DNA from: an uncultured archaeon
Lineage (GTDB): Archaea > Aenigmatarchaeota > Aenigmatarchaeia > CG10238-14 > SCSR01
Reading direction: 5' to 3'
Assembly (NCBI GenBank): GCA_964373665.1
Contig: CAYJVM010000002.1
Coordinates: 8,923-72,922 of the forward strand
DNA: 64,000 bases
Shown here: positions 49,723 through 60,500 of the stretch, in pieces
How positions within the stretch are numbered: the first letter of the stretch is position 1
Layout: every line of letters starts with the position of its first letter
The notes under the pieces: generated by a model
What the model was told of the DNA's origin: nothing
Seen by the model: only the letters and a program-made list of their open reading frames with translations
The model's database searches: none
Program-made: the position numbers and the translations under genes

Positions 49723-51189
49723 ATGAGAACAAGTGTATTTTTTATTCTGTCATTGGTTTTAATTATTTCTTCCTTATATATCTTCATATACGCTACAACG
49801 GCTCAAACTAGTGCAAGTGTTATCTGGGCAGTAACTCCGGTAAATGTCAAGCCTCCAGATAAAATTACAGTTTACGTTCAAACTGTTAGTTCGGATATAA
49901 CAAATGTTAAGGTATGGATAGTAGGTTCCAAAGGCGCTTCTGTACCTCAGGAAGGCTGGAGTTTGTTGACCGAGAAAGCCTCCACCCCCATTACAGTCGA
50001 AATTTCTCCCGATAAATACACCGACTTTCCCCGCGTATATGTTGCTCTTGAACTTTATGAAGGTAACCAACTTGTAGCCACAGGCAACCCCAATTCAGTC
50101 GGCTACAATCCCAGTCTGATTAAAGAAGTTTTGGTTAACGCAGATGTATCAACAGTCGGCGTTGTTTGGAGCATGTCCCACCAAATCACGTCTTCACCTC
50201 AGTTCATCCAAGTCAATGTGGATTCGATCAGTGGCGATTTTGACGAGGTCAGAGTTTGGGCCGCAGGATCTACTGGCACAGATGCACCGCAAAGTGGCTG
50301 GACAAGATGGGCGAGTTGGCATTACCATACCTTGTCGCCTTCGATAAAAATTCCGACAAGAGAGTATATCGGCAGTTCTTACGTGTACATCGTCCTTGAT
50401 CTGGTCAAGGACGGCAAGGTGATAGTATCAGGATATCCCTATGTCGGGCATTATAACCCAGAACTGCGTAAAGAAGTGTCTGTTAGCTTGTCGAGACCTT
50501 CCATTCAGATCTCTTACAGAGATAGGGCGACTTCTGAAGAAAACATAACCGGCACAATATATGCTACAGCTGGAAACTTCGACGAAATCCGCATTTATGC
50601 AGCAGGTTCAAATGGTGATATGCCGATAGTAGGATGGACAAGATGGTATACAAAGACACCCACATCTGTGCCTTTCAACTATTCAATTCCTGCAAAAGAC
50701 TACAGGACATTTTCACGCGTATACCTCGTTTTCGATCTGGTCAAGGACGGCAAGGTGATAGCATCAGGATACAAATATTCTTCAGCATATAAAGCAGACC
50801 TCCAGGTACCAGTTGCTATTGGTACACAACCGCTCCCAGCTTCTCCATTCAATGCTACTTGGAGCGTCGCACCGACATCTGTAAGCATCCCTAACGAACT
50901 CGAGGTTAAAGTGGATTCTTCTACTGGCAATCCCGATAGAATACATGTTTGGTCAGCTGGCTCCAAAGATCAGAATTCTTGGCCGATAGTAGGATGGACA
51001 AGATGGACAAAAGACATAGCAACACCCACACCCTTCACAGTAAAAATAAAGAGTGATGATTATTCAGACTCTTCTATTGTATTCGTTGTTCTGGAACTGA
51101 CGAAAGGCGGCAACTTAGTAGCAACCGGAAATGCTAATGCCCCCAGCTATGATTCTAAGCTCCGTCGAGACATACAAATAACAAAATAA
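49723..51189 (+). CDS. secreted surface protein with four tandem repeats of about 110 aa
   Basis: signal peptide; repeats beginning VWIVGSKG / VRVWAAGSTG / IRIYAAGSNG / IHVWSAGSKD with conserved GWTRW and DLVKDGKVI blocks. Confidence 0.6.
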   Translation: MRTSVFFILSLVLIISSLYIFIYATTAQTSASVIWAVTPVNVKPPDKITVYVQTVSSDITNVKVWIVGSKGASVPQEGWSLLTEKASTPITVEISPDKYTDFPRVYVALELYEGNQLVATGNPNSVGYNPSLIKEVLVNADVSTVGVVWSMSHQITSSPQFIQVNVDSISGDFDEVRVWAAGSTGTDAPQSGWTRWASWHYHTLSPSIKIPTREYIGSSYVYIVLDLVKDGKVIVSGYPYVGHYNPELRKEVSVSLSRPSIQISYRDRATSEENITGTIYATAGNFDEIRIYAAGSNGDMPIVGWTRWYTKTPTSVPFNYSIPAKDYRTFSRVYLVFDLVKDGKVIASGYKYSSAYKADLQVPVAIGTQPLPASPFNATWSVAPTSVSIPNELEVKVDSSTGNPDRIHVWSAGSKDQNSWPIVGWTRWTKDIATPTPFTVKIKSDDYSDSSIVFVVLELTKGGNLVATGNANAPSYDSKLRRDIQITK

Positions 51190-51250
51190 TAGCATAAAGA
51201 CATTTTGTTATGGAAAAATAGAAAATGATACAAAACAATTAATAATGTGT

Positions 51251-51282
51251 CCAAAGCAGTCGCCGTCCAGGCAGTCTTCATG
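51251..51282 (+). repeat. direct repeat copy 1 (32 bp exact; imperfect extension 51240-51250), pilin 5'-end remnant
   Basis: ccaaagcagtcgccgtccaggcagtcttcatg identical to 52279-52310. Confidence 0.8.
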
Positions 51283-51322
51283 TTGATATATTTATATATC
51301 AGATGATATAATTTTATATCAT

Positions 51323-51850
51323 ATGTTACAAGATTACAACGTATATAGGATACTAAGACTCTTCTTTGATTCCCCGACAAAACATTTTCAACTTCGGGAA
51401 ATAAGCAGAATAACTAAAATTGGTTTACCAAGTGTGCGGAACCACGTCAAGAGGCTCGAAAGGCTTGGATTTGTGAAAAAAAAGAAAACATCCGTATACA
51501 CATCTTTTGTTTCAAATAGGGACGATGAAAAATTCCTTACTTATAAGAGAAGTGATACTCTAATTAGGCTCCATGAAACAGGTCTTGTTTCTTATTTGGC
51601 GGAGAAATCACTCCCTGATACAATAGTACTCTTTGGTTCATGCTCAAGAGGAGAAGATATCGAAACAAGCGACATAGATTTGTTCATTCAAGGACCAGAA
51701 GAAAAAATAGACTTGGGTCGGTTTGAAAGCAAATTGAAAAGAAAAATAAATTTGCTATTTGAAAACGACATAAAAGATATCTCAAACGAGCTAATGAACA
51801 ACATAATAAACGGAATCGTAATTTACGGTTATCTGAAGGTTTTGAAATGA
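51323..51850 (+). CDS. nucleotidyltransferase (MNT) with N-terminal wHTH domain
   Basis: IVLFGSCSRGEDIETSDIDLF GSx10DxD motif. Confidence 0.8.
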   Translation: MLQDYNVYRILRLFFDSPTKHFQLREISRITKIGLPSVRNHVKRLERLGFVKKKKTSVYTSFVSNRDDEKFLTYKRSDTLIRLHETGLVSYLAEKSLPDTIVLFGSCSRGEDIETSDIDLFIQGPEEKIDLGRFESKLKRKINLLFENDIKDISNELMNNIINGIVIYGYLKVLK

Positions 51851-52272
51851 AAGAGTGGGAAGAGGTTGAAGCTGAAGTCTGGAAAACAACTCCAGATAAA
51901 GAAATGACTCGCTCTATACTAAAGATGGCAGACGTAAGATTACGTGCTATAGAATCCTTAAATAAAAAAGAATTCATGTCAATAATAGTAGAAAACTATT
52001 ACGAGGTCATTAAAGAATTGATAACTGCCTTAATGTCTGCAGATGGCCTCAAAACGCTTAGGCACGAAGTCTTAATAGTATATTTGAAAAAGTTTCACAA
52101 AAGTTTCGACAGAGGCGAATTATTCATTATCGATCAATTAAGGCAGACAAGAAATAAAATCGTGTATAAAGGATTTTTCGTGCAGGAAGCTTATTTGGAA
52201 AGAAATGAAAATAAGTTAAGGATGATAATAGAAAAACCACGAAAAATAATAACGCAAAAGCTCGGTTATTAA
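51847..52272 (+). CDS. HEPN domain protein
   Basis: 141 aa, overlaps MNT by 4 nt, helical; typical HEPN-MNT pair. Confidence 0.65.
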   Translation: MKEWEEVEAEVWKTTPDKEMTRSILKMADVRLRAIESLNKKEFMSIIVENYYEVIKELITALMSADGLKTLRHEVLIVYLKKFHKSFDRGELFIIDQLRQTRNKIVYKGFFVQEAYLERNENKLRMIIEKPRKIITQKLGY

Positions 52273-52274
52273 TT

Positions 52275-52574
52275 ATGCCCAAAGCAGTCGCCGTCCAGGC
52301 AGTCTTCATGATTGGAGTAATCGCTATAACATTGTTCTTTATAGTCGCCATATTCGCCCAATGGATCGACATAACAAAATGGGGAGCCAATGAGGCCGCC
52401 TGCACAGCCAAAAAAACCAGCTACTGCAGCAACTGGATAGTTAGAAGCCAATGCACTAAATGGGAAGTGGAATGTGGAACAGTCCCGTCCAGAGAGCAGT
52501 GCTGCACAGAAGTTCTCCGCAGAAACTCGGACGACCCTTTATGTGTGAAAGCACCCACATGCCCAAGTTCTTAA
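52275..52574 (+). CDS. small Cys-containing pilin-like protein (paralog)
   Basis: MPKAVAVQAVFMIGVIAITLFFIVAIF; conserved C..C pattern. Confidence 0.55.
   Translation: MPKAVAVQAVFMIGVIAITLFFIVAIFAQWIDITKWGANEAACTAKKTSYCSNWIVRSQCTKWEVECGTVPSREQCCTEVLRRNSDDPLCVKAPTCPSS
52279..52310 (+). repeat. direct repeat copy 2 (inside intact pilin-like gene start)
   Basis: identical 32-mer. Confidence 0.8.
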
Positions 52575-52598
52575 TAATTTGAAAAATGAATAAGATTT

Positions 52599-53213
52599 AT
52601 GAAAGGCGCTGTGGCCGCTGATGCCCTCATCAACGTTGGTTTTATAGTAATTTCAGTTGCCCTCCTCGCCACACAAGCACCTGCAATGATAAACGACATC
52701 AACGTTGTTTTGACGCATGAGAAAGTGACTAACGAGGCGAGGGAAATTTCCAACATGCTTAGCATCGCGAAGAACGCTCCTGATGAAATCAAAATTACAC
52801 ACACCATGCCCTCGGATGACTATAGTGTTAGGATAGGAAAAGATGGTGTTGTCGAAGTGTGTGACGATAGTTACTGTGGAAAATCAGAATCATTCGTCCA
52901 GTTTGAAGAGGAACTCGACGAGAGTGACGTTGGCCACATCAGCATAACAAAGAGCGTGGAAGATGGAGTATCAGTAGTGGACGTGTCCAAGATATCTATT
53001 TTGGCTGCATCTGTTGGAGCATCCGAATGCATAGAGTATGCTGTAGTTACCGGGGATACATTGTGGGACATTGCAATAGAATTTTACGGGGACGGCGTCA
53101 AGTGGCCGATAATATATGAAGCCAATAAAGAGGTCATAGGCGACAATCCAAACCTAATTCTCGTAGGTCAGGTGCTTTGCATACCTGAGATTTCTTCGGA
53201 GGGAACTGGATGA
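52599..53213 (+). CDS. pilin-like/secreted protein with C-terminal LysM domain
   Basis: YAVVTGDTLWDIAIEFYGDGVKWPIIYEANKEVIGDNPNLILVGQVLCIP LysM consensus. Confidence 0.75.
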   Translation: MKGAVAADALINVGFIVISVALLATQAPAMINDINVVLTHEKVTNEAREISNMLSIAKNAPDEIKITHTMPSDDYSVRIGKDGVVEVCDDSYCGKSESFVQFEEELDESDVGHISITKSVEDGVSVVDVSKISILAASVGASECIEYAVVTGDTLWDIAIEFYGDGVKWPIIYEANKEVIGDNPNLILVGQVLCIPEISSEGTG

Positions 53214-53806
53214 ACAGAAAAGGAACGTCGTACATAGTGCCCTTATTCTCCCTTCTTTTCACAGGCGTCCTAGCGCTCACTATGGCCTACATCCTGCCTT
53301 CGCAGTACGTCAGCATAACACAAGTCATAGACCACAAGGAGTTTGAGAACAAGGCGATGATTCTAGGAAACTTGTTGTTGTCCAATCACGATCTGGTTTA
53401 TTTCGATGACCCTGTATATTACCGCGGAGTGTTCGAAAAAGACAAGCTTGATGAAAAAATGGTTCAGAAAAGCGATTTTGGAAATGTTGAAAAGTTGATG
53501 GAGTGTACACAGCTATGCGATTCATTAAAGGCACTGCCAGGCTCTGTCGGTTTTGTTCTAATCTCCGACGCCGCTAATTCTGACGAGTGGTACTCTATCC
53601 TGTATCCAAACGGAGATCGCCCTGATATAGAAAGATGTTTCGGACAGCTTTCAGAAGCGATTTTGGAAAAGATATTCGACAGCAATGGTTTGCAGGAATG
53701 CGGATATAGTTCGTCAACAATACTTACCGAGTCATTCGCCGCAAGCATTAGGTATTCCGACGACGAAATAAAGGTAGGCAGGATAAGGATAGTGATGGTA
53801 GAATGA
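53210..53806 (+). CDS. pilin-like N-terminus hypothetical protein
   Basis: MNRKGTSYIVPLFSLLFTGVLALTMAYIL. Confidence 0.4.
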   Translation: MNRKGTSYIVPLFSLLFTGVLALTMAYILPSQYVSITQVIDHKEFENKAMILGNLLLSNHDLVYFDDPVYYRGVFEKDKLDEKMVQKSDFGNVEKLMECTQLCDSLKALPGSVGFVLISDAANSDEWYSILYPNGDRPDIERCFGQLSEAILEKIFDSNGLQECGYSSSTILTESFAASIRYSDDEIKVGRIRIVMVE

Positions 53807-55860
53807 AATCGATGGCTGAACTTCCACTCATCGGTCTGATAGGCACCATGACGATAATGGCATCAATAATCATACCGCCTACAATAGTAAAGACGGCGTT
53901 GGACCAGGAGCTGGGCTACACGTACGATTACGAGAAGAGCCAAAACGCTTTACTGTCTCTCCTGTATTCAAAGGAAGGTGGTGTAAGCAATTATGAACAG
54001 CTAGGTACTAGTTACGTCCTTAACCAGCCGATAGGAGGTGGGATACAAAACCAGTTAGAGACGCTAGTAGGAAGCGAGTATTCAGTGGTAATATCAGATG
54101 TAAGCGACGGTTCCGTTACTCCACTAGTCGCTGATCCTGACATCCAAGTAGGTTCGGAAGTTCCTGTTCTTGTCTTGAAATATTTCCCTATGGACAGTAC
54201 CAAGAAAAGACTTGATTCTGCCCAGACAGGTGGAAGAGCCGATACCCTAGAAACAATAAGACTGAAAGTCGATACCGCAACTGCTCAAGGCATTTCTGCA
54301 ATGACAAAAGCAAGTATCTACAAAGGCTATAAAAATTCTAACGTACAGCCGTATCTAAGATACTATATTTTTGAGGAAAAGGAATTTCTCACAAATATAC
54401 CCAAATCTTCCGAATTTCCTCCCTTTGCCGATCACGAAAAAGTGCTTTCTGATTTGAACATTTGCGATTATATTGACAGAAAAGGGGTGAAGCAAGTATG
54501 GATTTGGATGTGGCATACCAAAGATCTGGTTCCTCTGGAATCCAATATGGCGATGGGCATGAATTCAAAAGAGTTCTGGAATTTCGAAGCTTACGGTGAC
54601 GTGAGTAATAGCTTTAGGCAAAATGATCTTCCGGCATGCCAGAATACGTATACGGTATTTGAATATAATTCTGATATAAATCTGGTCGGGGAGGGCCTTG
54701 GGGGAGTAATGGAGGACCACGGGCACCAGATAGAACACATATTGAACTGGGTAGATGGCAGGGATGATACACCGAAAGAGAAATGGGGCGACCTTCTTTT
54801 TTGGGGCGAATTTGTTGGAAGCGACAGTTCACACAAGATAGTTAATCCTGGATGCGGCTGGACGCACTACAGCCCAAACTCAATCGAAGATTATGACTGG
54901 CAGAATGAAAATGATGTTCTCTCCGATTGTGAGAACTGGAAACCTGACGGAACTGCCCAGAAAACTACGATTGACTGCCATGAATGGTACGGCAAGAATT
55001 GCAAAGACGACGGAGGCGCAGCTTGGAAAAAATGGTGGATGCAAAACATCCCAGGAAAAGATAACGGCTTGATTTACAATGAAAGGAAGTTGAGAAATTG
55101 GTGGGAGTTCATAGGAGATTTTGATAGTGCTCTAGACAAAGGCAAGAACCTGCTTGGCGAATCAGTTTCACTTACCCCGTTGACTACAGGCGGATACTTG
55201 CTTACAGGCGAATCATCAGAATACTCGAGTTCAATCACAGGAAAAGTTACCACCCCCCCAATTTCAAGTGGTATATGCGCTTTGGCCATAGACGGTTCGT
55301 GTACGTCAAGCAATCTACAAACAACCTGCTTCAGCGGAAGGGAGCTTGAAGCATCGCAGATATGCAAGGCGGAAAGCGGTGGCAATCCAGAATCACTCAG
55401 CAGGAGTGATGTGTGTCAGGACGGAACCCCATTTTCTATAGGATTATTCCAAATAAATTTAGTTTGCCATGGAACTAAAGTGGATCCAGAATGTCAAGGC
55501 ATATTTGATGTAGGGTGTGGTGAATTAAGATACATCAAGGACAGAAATGTATACAACTGTCGTCTCATAGACAAGTCCAAGTATGATATGTGTGTACAAA
55601 AACTAAAGGACGCTAGCGCAAACATCCAAGTAGCATGCCAGATATCCAATAATGGAAACAACTGGTGTCCTTGGACTGCTGCTAAAGTGTGTGGTTTCTG
55701 CAGCGAAACTGGCACACCAGCAAGACCACCAGCAAGTTCGACTCCAGGAAAAACTCTATTGGGAAATGAAAAATTCTCTAGAGTCGTCTTTAACACAGTG
55801 TTCGTTGTTCCTTTCAACAGCGAATCTTTGGTGAAAATTATGAGGATTGGTTTGGCATGA
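53803..55860 (+). CDS. large secreted/pilin-like protein with C-terminal GH23 (SLT) lytic transglycosylase-like domain
   Basis: AESGGNPESLSRSD...GTPFSIGLFQIN matches SLT ES...GLMQ motif. Confidence 0.65.
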   Translation: MKSMAELPLIGLIGTMTIMASIIIPPTIVKTALDQELGYTYDYEKSQNALLSLLYSKEGGVSNYEQLGTSYVLNQPIGGGIQNQLETLVGSEYSVVISDVSDGSVTPLVADPDIQVGSEVPVLVLKYFPMDSTKKRLDSAQTGGRADTLETIRLKVDTATAQGISAMTKASIYKGYKNSNVQPYLRYYIFEEKEFLTNIPKSSEFPPFADHEKVLSDLNICDYIDRKGVKQVWIWMWHTKDLVPLESNMAMGMNSKEFWNFEAYGDVSNSFRQNDLPACQNTYTVFEYNSDINLVGEGLGGVMEDHGHQIEHILNWVDGRDDTPKEKWGDLLFWGEFVGSDSSHKIVNPGCGWTHYSPNSIEDYDWQNENDVLSDCENWKPDGTAQKTTIDCHEWYGKNCKDDGGAAWKKWWMQNIPGKDNGLIYNERKLRNWWEFIGDFDSALDKGKNLLGESVSLTPLTTGGYLLTGESSEYSSSITGKVTTPPISSGICALAIDGSCTSSNLQTTCFSGRELEASQICKAESGGNPESLSRSDVCQDGTPFSIGLFQINLVCHGTKVDPECQGIFDVGCGELRYIKDRNVYNCRLIDKSKYDMCVQKLKDASANIQVACQISNNGNNWCPWTAAKVCGFCSETGTPARPPASSTPGKTLLGNEKFSRVVFNTVFVVPFNSESLVKIMRIGLA

Positions 55861-57509
55861 AGGCGGCAGTAAACACGGCGCTAGTGGCGTCAGCAAGCGT
55901 ATTGGCTTTTATCGGAGTGTTTTCTCTAGGCCTTGTGCAACAATCTGAGATTATCCTGAAGGATTTGAATGAGAGGTCTGTTATGGAAAGCATAAACCAG
56001 ATGGAATTCGCCAAAATGGCGGTTCGGCAGTCGGCTATTTATTCAACACACCAAAGCGTTTACGAGACTATCAAGTATGGATACTATTCCACAACAGGAT
56101 GCGACGCGGACAGTTTCGGTGGCATTCCATATTGGAGAACTTTTGACAGCGAATGTCCACCCATTGCACTTGAGACAGACCTGACTGAAAACCTTCAGCA
56201 GAGATTCGATTCGTATTTGATGTCATTGAAACTGCAGGTCGAAAAAATCGGGATTACAATACCCCATATAAAAATCCAAGTCCGGAGCATTGCCGACAAT
56301 GAAATCATTTTGCAGCCAGCATCTACCGAGAAAATCAGGCTCACCGGCAGGAATGTTGAGATAAATGACTTTCCTGACCTCAGGGAGAACGTAAAGATGG
56401 GGATATCTGATATCATCCAATTTGCCATGCAGAAATTTGTCCTTGTCGATTCCTTATTGATGGAGATAGATAAAGCGGAAGATCAGATGCCAAAAGAATG
56501 CAAGGAGATAACAGTGACAAGGTGTATAGCTCCGCCCGTAGAAACTAAAAAAGACCTTCTAAACCAGCAATGTCCCAATGCGCTCGGCAAGTATGAAAAT
56601 CTGATAAGGGAAAATGTGGCTGGACTCGATTCCAGTCTTGATTCAGCCAGCATGGACACGAAGTTAACGATAACGGGAATAAAGTCAAAGGTCGACACTG
56701 AGCCTGGGGACGAACCATCGACATGTACTGTTACATCGGCAGAGGATGTGAGGTGTGGATGCAAAAGGTCAGGGCAATTCGGTTGCTTGGAGTATTATCC
56801 AAAATACACAAAGACATGCACCTATGACTATTCGGCAAGCATGAATACGCTGGTCAACATAGTCAATAAAATAAAGGCATACACTGTTTACGACGCGCTT
56901 GTTAGAACCACCGATTCAAGGAATTTGGAATTGAACTTTTATGTCGCGAGCGGCGACAGCTCCCTAGGATTTCCTGAAGGCACGCCAGTTTTCTATTCGC
57001 CTCCATTCGAAAAGATTGGATGGATTTCAGAGCCATCAAGTCCGGTTGACACATCTGGTCTGCCTTCCGATTGTCCGTCTATCTGGCCTGTGCAAAGCGG
57101 ATATGTCAATCAAGGACCCGGAGGCAGCGCTTCACACAGCAATCCGATACTTGAAGCGATTGATATTCATGCGAGAACAGGGACACCAGTCTACACCACC
57201 CACGATGGCATAGTCACAGGCGCTGGAGTGGATAGCTATGGCGGATGGTACGTTAAAATAGCGGGTAATTGTAATGGGAAATCGTTCAGTAGCCTTTACG
57301 TCCATTTCGTCAGCAACAGCCTAACTGTAAAGGTCGGTGATAGTGTAACGAAAGGCACTAAAATCGGTGCTCTCGGCTGTACGGGAATATGCGGCGACCC
57401 GCACGTGCACTATGAGTTCAGAGGCCTGACAATGAAACACCCAGAGATCCCCAAAGATGTTCCTAGAAACTGTGTGGGTGCAACATCATGCCGTGTGGAG
57501 ATAGCTTAA
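55857..57509 (+). CDS. secreted M23 (LytM-type) metalloendopeptidase
   Basis: HSNPILEAIDIHARTGTPVYTTHDG ... GDPHVHYEF: HxxxD and HxH M23 motifs. Confidence 0.8.
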   Translation: MKAAVNTALVASASVLAFIGVFSLGLVQQSEIILKDLNERSVMESINQMEFAKMAVRQSAIYSTHQSVYETIKYGYYSTTGCDADSFGGIPYWRTFDSECPPIALETDLTENLQQRFDSYLMSLKLQVEKIGITIPHIKIQVRSIADNEIILQPASTEKIRLTGRNVEINDFPDLRENVKMGISDIIQFAMQKFVLVDSLLMEIDKAEDQMPKECKEITVTRCIAPPVETKKDLLNQQCPNALGKYENLIRENVAGLDSSLDSASMDTKLTITGIKSKVDTEPGDEPSTCTVTSAEDVRCGCKRSGQFGCLEYYPKYTKTCTYDYSASMNTLVNIVNKIKAYTVYDALVRTTDSRNLELNFYVASGDSSLGFPEGTPVFYSPPFEKIGWISEPSSPVDTSGLPSDCPSIWPVQSGYVNQGPGGSASHSNPILEAIDIHARTGTPVYTTHDGIVTGAGVDSYGGWYVKIAGNCNGKSFSSLYVHFVSNSLTVKVGDSVTKGTKIGALGCTGICGDPHVHYEFRGLTMKHPEIPKDVPRNCVGATSCRVEIA

Positions 57510-57519
57510 AAATACTCAA

Positions 57520-60500
57520 TCAACACGGTCCTAGTCCACAAATATTAGCATTAATTCTCCAAGGACACCAATTATTTCTACCTTGATATATCTGGCACGC
57601 TACCTGTATGTTTGTATTAGGATCCTTAATTTTTTGGACACATCTGTCATATTGTTCCATGTCGTTGACCCAGCAATTCCATTTAACGCATATGTCGGGC
57701 CTTGTAGAACTATATTCAAGGCATGTTCCCAGCGAGTCAGATCCTTCCTTCGAGAATAAATTCAAACAATCGCCGCCTATTTTGCTTGCATGTGCAATCA
57801 CATTCACTTGGAACAGGCCGAACGAAAATGATGTTCCATCCCTGCATTTATCGACGCCACTAACAGAGTTGGGATTAGCCCCGCTCTCAGCCTTGCATAT
57901 CTGGGAAGCTTGAAATCCATCCGTTGATGCAATTGTTCCGAAGCATGTTGATTGAAGATTAGAGACAGAACAAGGCCCGCTGTCCAGTGTCGGGCATGTA
58001 CCAGGAGTTGTAGAACCAGGGCCTGTGATTGTTGGTGTGCTCGCAGTTGAACTCTTGAGCCCATATACAGACAATCCACGCTCGCAATAGTAAGGCAATG
58101 AAAAGAACTGGGTGTGCAGTTGACTGTACTCATCACTCCCCACGATAATAGCCTCGGGGATGAATTTCTTCTCCACGCTGGCACTTGTAGAGAATTTTTC
58201 TGTGTAAGTGTAATCCATGTCCACTATCAATGGAATTGTGGCAAAACTACCCTGGATGATCAAGTCTCTGGTAAGGTCAGCGGCATCACAAACAAAGGTT
58301 ACGCTTTTCTGGCTATCCAGAAATGTCTTCGGCTTTGGAACACAACTGTCCGTACTCATGCCTTTTATACTCAATGTCTTTATTTCTGCACTACCCTTCC
58401 CACCGTTCGCCACATCTATAAACAGCGTCACCTTGCTTGTAGGCTTTTCCAACGAGTGAACATCCGGGATAAAGTAGGTTGTCACTGTCAGCGGACCTGA
58501 GCTGCTCGTAACCTGCGGCTTTGGAGCCAGTTTCCTATCAGCTTCTGTCTTGACAACAATCAAGTCACCCTTCCCTTCGACTGTATAGTCATACTTCGCT
58601 CTCAGCTCTACAGTTGCTTTATCACCGCTTATAAAGCACAGGTTGTCCATTATATTGTAATAATTATTGTACCTGCAGTCGCACGAATAGTCGTTAGGTA
58701 AATATCTGACAGATTTTTCATCAAGATCGTTGCTCACACGGTACCTACTGTTGCTTGCCGCCAAGGATTGCCTACAATAGTCAAGACAAACATTGTTTAG
58801 ACATATTCTATCCTCAAACAAACCCTGTGTACATTGATTAATTTTGTTCATCACAGCAATATTGTCTCCGATGTATTCAGTGTTCTTCGCTGTGGCAAGC
58901 GGTTTGGACGGAACACCTCTTGTGGACGATATTATTTGTGCGCAGTTAATATTGTTGCCGATCCCAACAAGACTACCGCTCTGAATGGCCTTTCCTGTAA
59001 ACTGCACCACCAGAGTCTTCTCTTCCTCCGGCTTTATGTCGCCCAGCGCAGTTTTGCCCGTGGGTTGGGGATTAGGCACCACCTCACCATCCCTAACTAT
59101 AGGCTCTGACTCGAAGGTCCCGCACATGACCCTGTCGACACTTCCGTTGACTATGTAGACCTCGTCTATGGTGAAAGACTTGACAGGCTTTGTTCCAATA
59201 TCAACTTTGTTCGGATTTGTGACAGTTACGGGAAGCAGATAATCCATCCTCGCAAACATAGTAGGTAGTTTGAAGGAGTTGACGCTTGCGCCGAACTTGA
59301 CCTGGATCGCTTCAAAGCCGCCGACTTTTTTCACCTCAGGCTTTAATGGTTGCACGGCTTGGATATTGAGAAAACTTAGGATACTCCTTATGCCCTGCTT
59401 CATCCCATCTATTGTTTCTTGCGGAACTCCCACAACTCTGAGCACGTCCAGCGGTCGGAGGTATGTTTCGATGTTAAGAAATGCGCCTGTCGTAAAAAGA
59501 TTGCCGACATAGAATATAAGTCCAATTCCACCCATGATGCCGGTCAACCAGAGTATTGTGCGACCAAGGCCATTCACAACACCGGCATCCTCGATGTTCC
59601 TTCTTGTTATGAATGTTATGACAAAAAATACAATGATGGGTATGCCCCAGCGTATTGTAGGGCTGTCCAATACCGGCAGAGGACCTATATTCAGCAAAAC
59701 CCATACGAATATGGCTGCAACAGCCCCCACTATCCCGGACTGCCAATCTCTAGCCTCTAATTGACGGTTCGGTAGAACATTGTATACGGCAAAGAAGAAA
59801 GCTATGGGAACGAACCATGTAAGAATCCACCAAGGCGGTGTAAACGGATCGCCAAGATTCAGACCCACTATTACTATCGGTTGATAAAACAAAAAGTTTA
59901 CCACAAGTGTGATAATAAGCGCGATAACAGCTCTAATAATTCTGCTCCTGTTAGTTACAAAACCTACTGCCCTCCCTGCGGCTCCTCTAGGATTTTGTAT
60001 TACATTTCCCACCTGTTCCAATTTAAAGTCAGCTTGGTTGGCACCCGCATTTATTCTTATCGGCTGTCTTGTTTGTCTGAATCCGCCTGCGGAAGCCTGG
60101 GCAGTGTGCCTGCCAGTTGGTATGTTAGCTATCTCATAATGTCCGAAGTCATCTGTGTTTCCAACATGTCCCCCCACATCGACAGTAGCGCCACGAATTG
60201 GTCCAGCTGCACTACTCACCGTACCTTCCAAATTTCCTTCCCTTGCTTCTTGGAGAGGCTGTAGCTGGATCGTTCCGACATCAACAGTTTGATTAGGTTG
60301 AACTACATTCGACTGTACGTTCTCCGTATCATAACCGTCAGCAGATATGTGTACACTATACGATCTTCCAGCACGAACGTCAACTCTAAAATTACCATTT
60401 AAGTTAGTGGCGACAGTAGAACCACCAGCATTTACAGAGGCCCTCCTTATAGGATTGTTATTAGTTGCATCAACAACCCTGCCTTGTATAGATCCCCGTT

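Noticed and set aside
49870-51180. Possible CRISPR-like periodic repeats
   Set aside because: The periodicity is about 330 bp, imperfect and coding (protein tandem repeats). No short direct repeat/spacer architecture occurs anywhere in the window.
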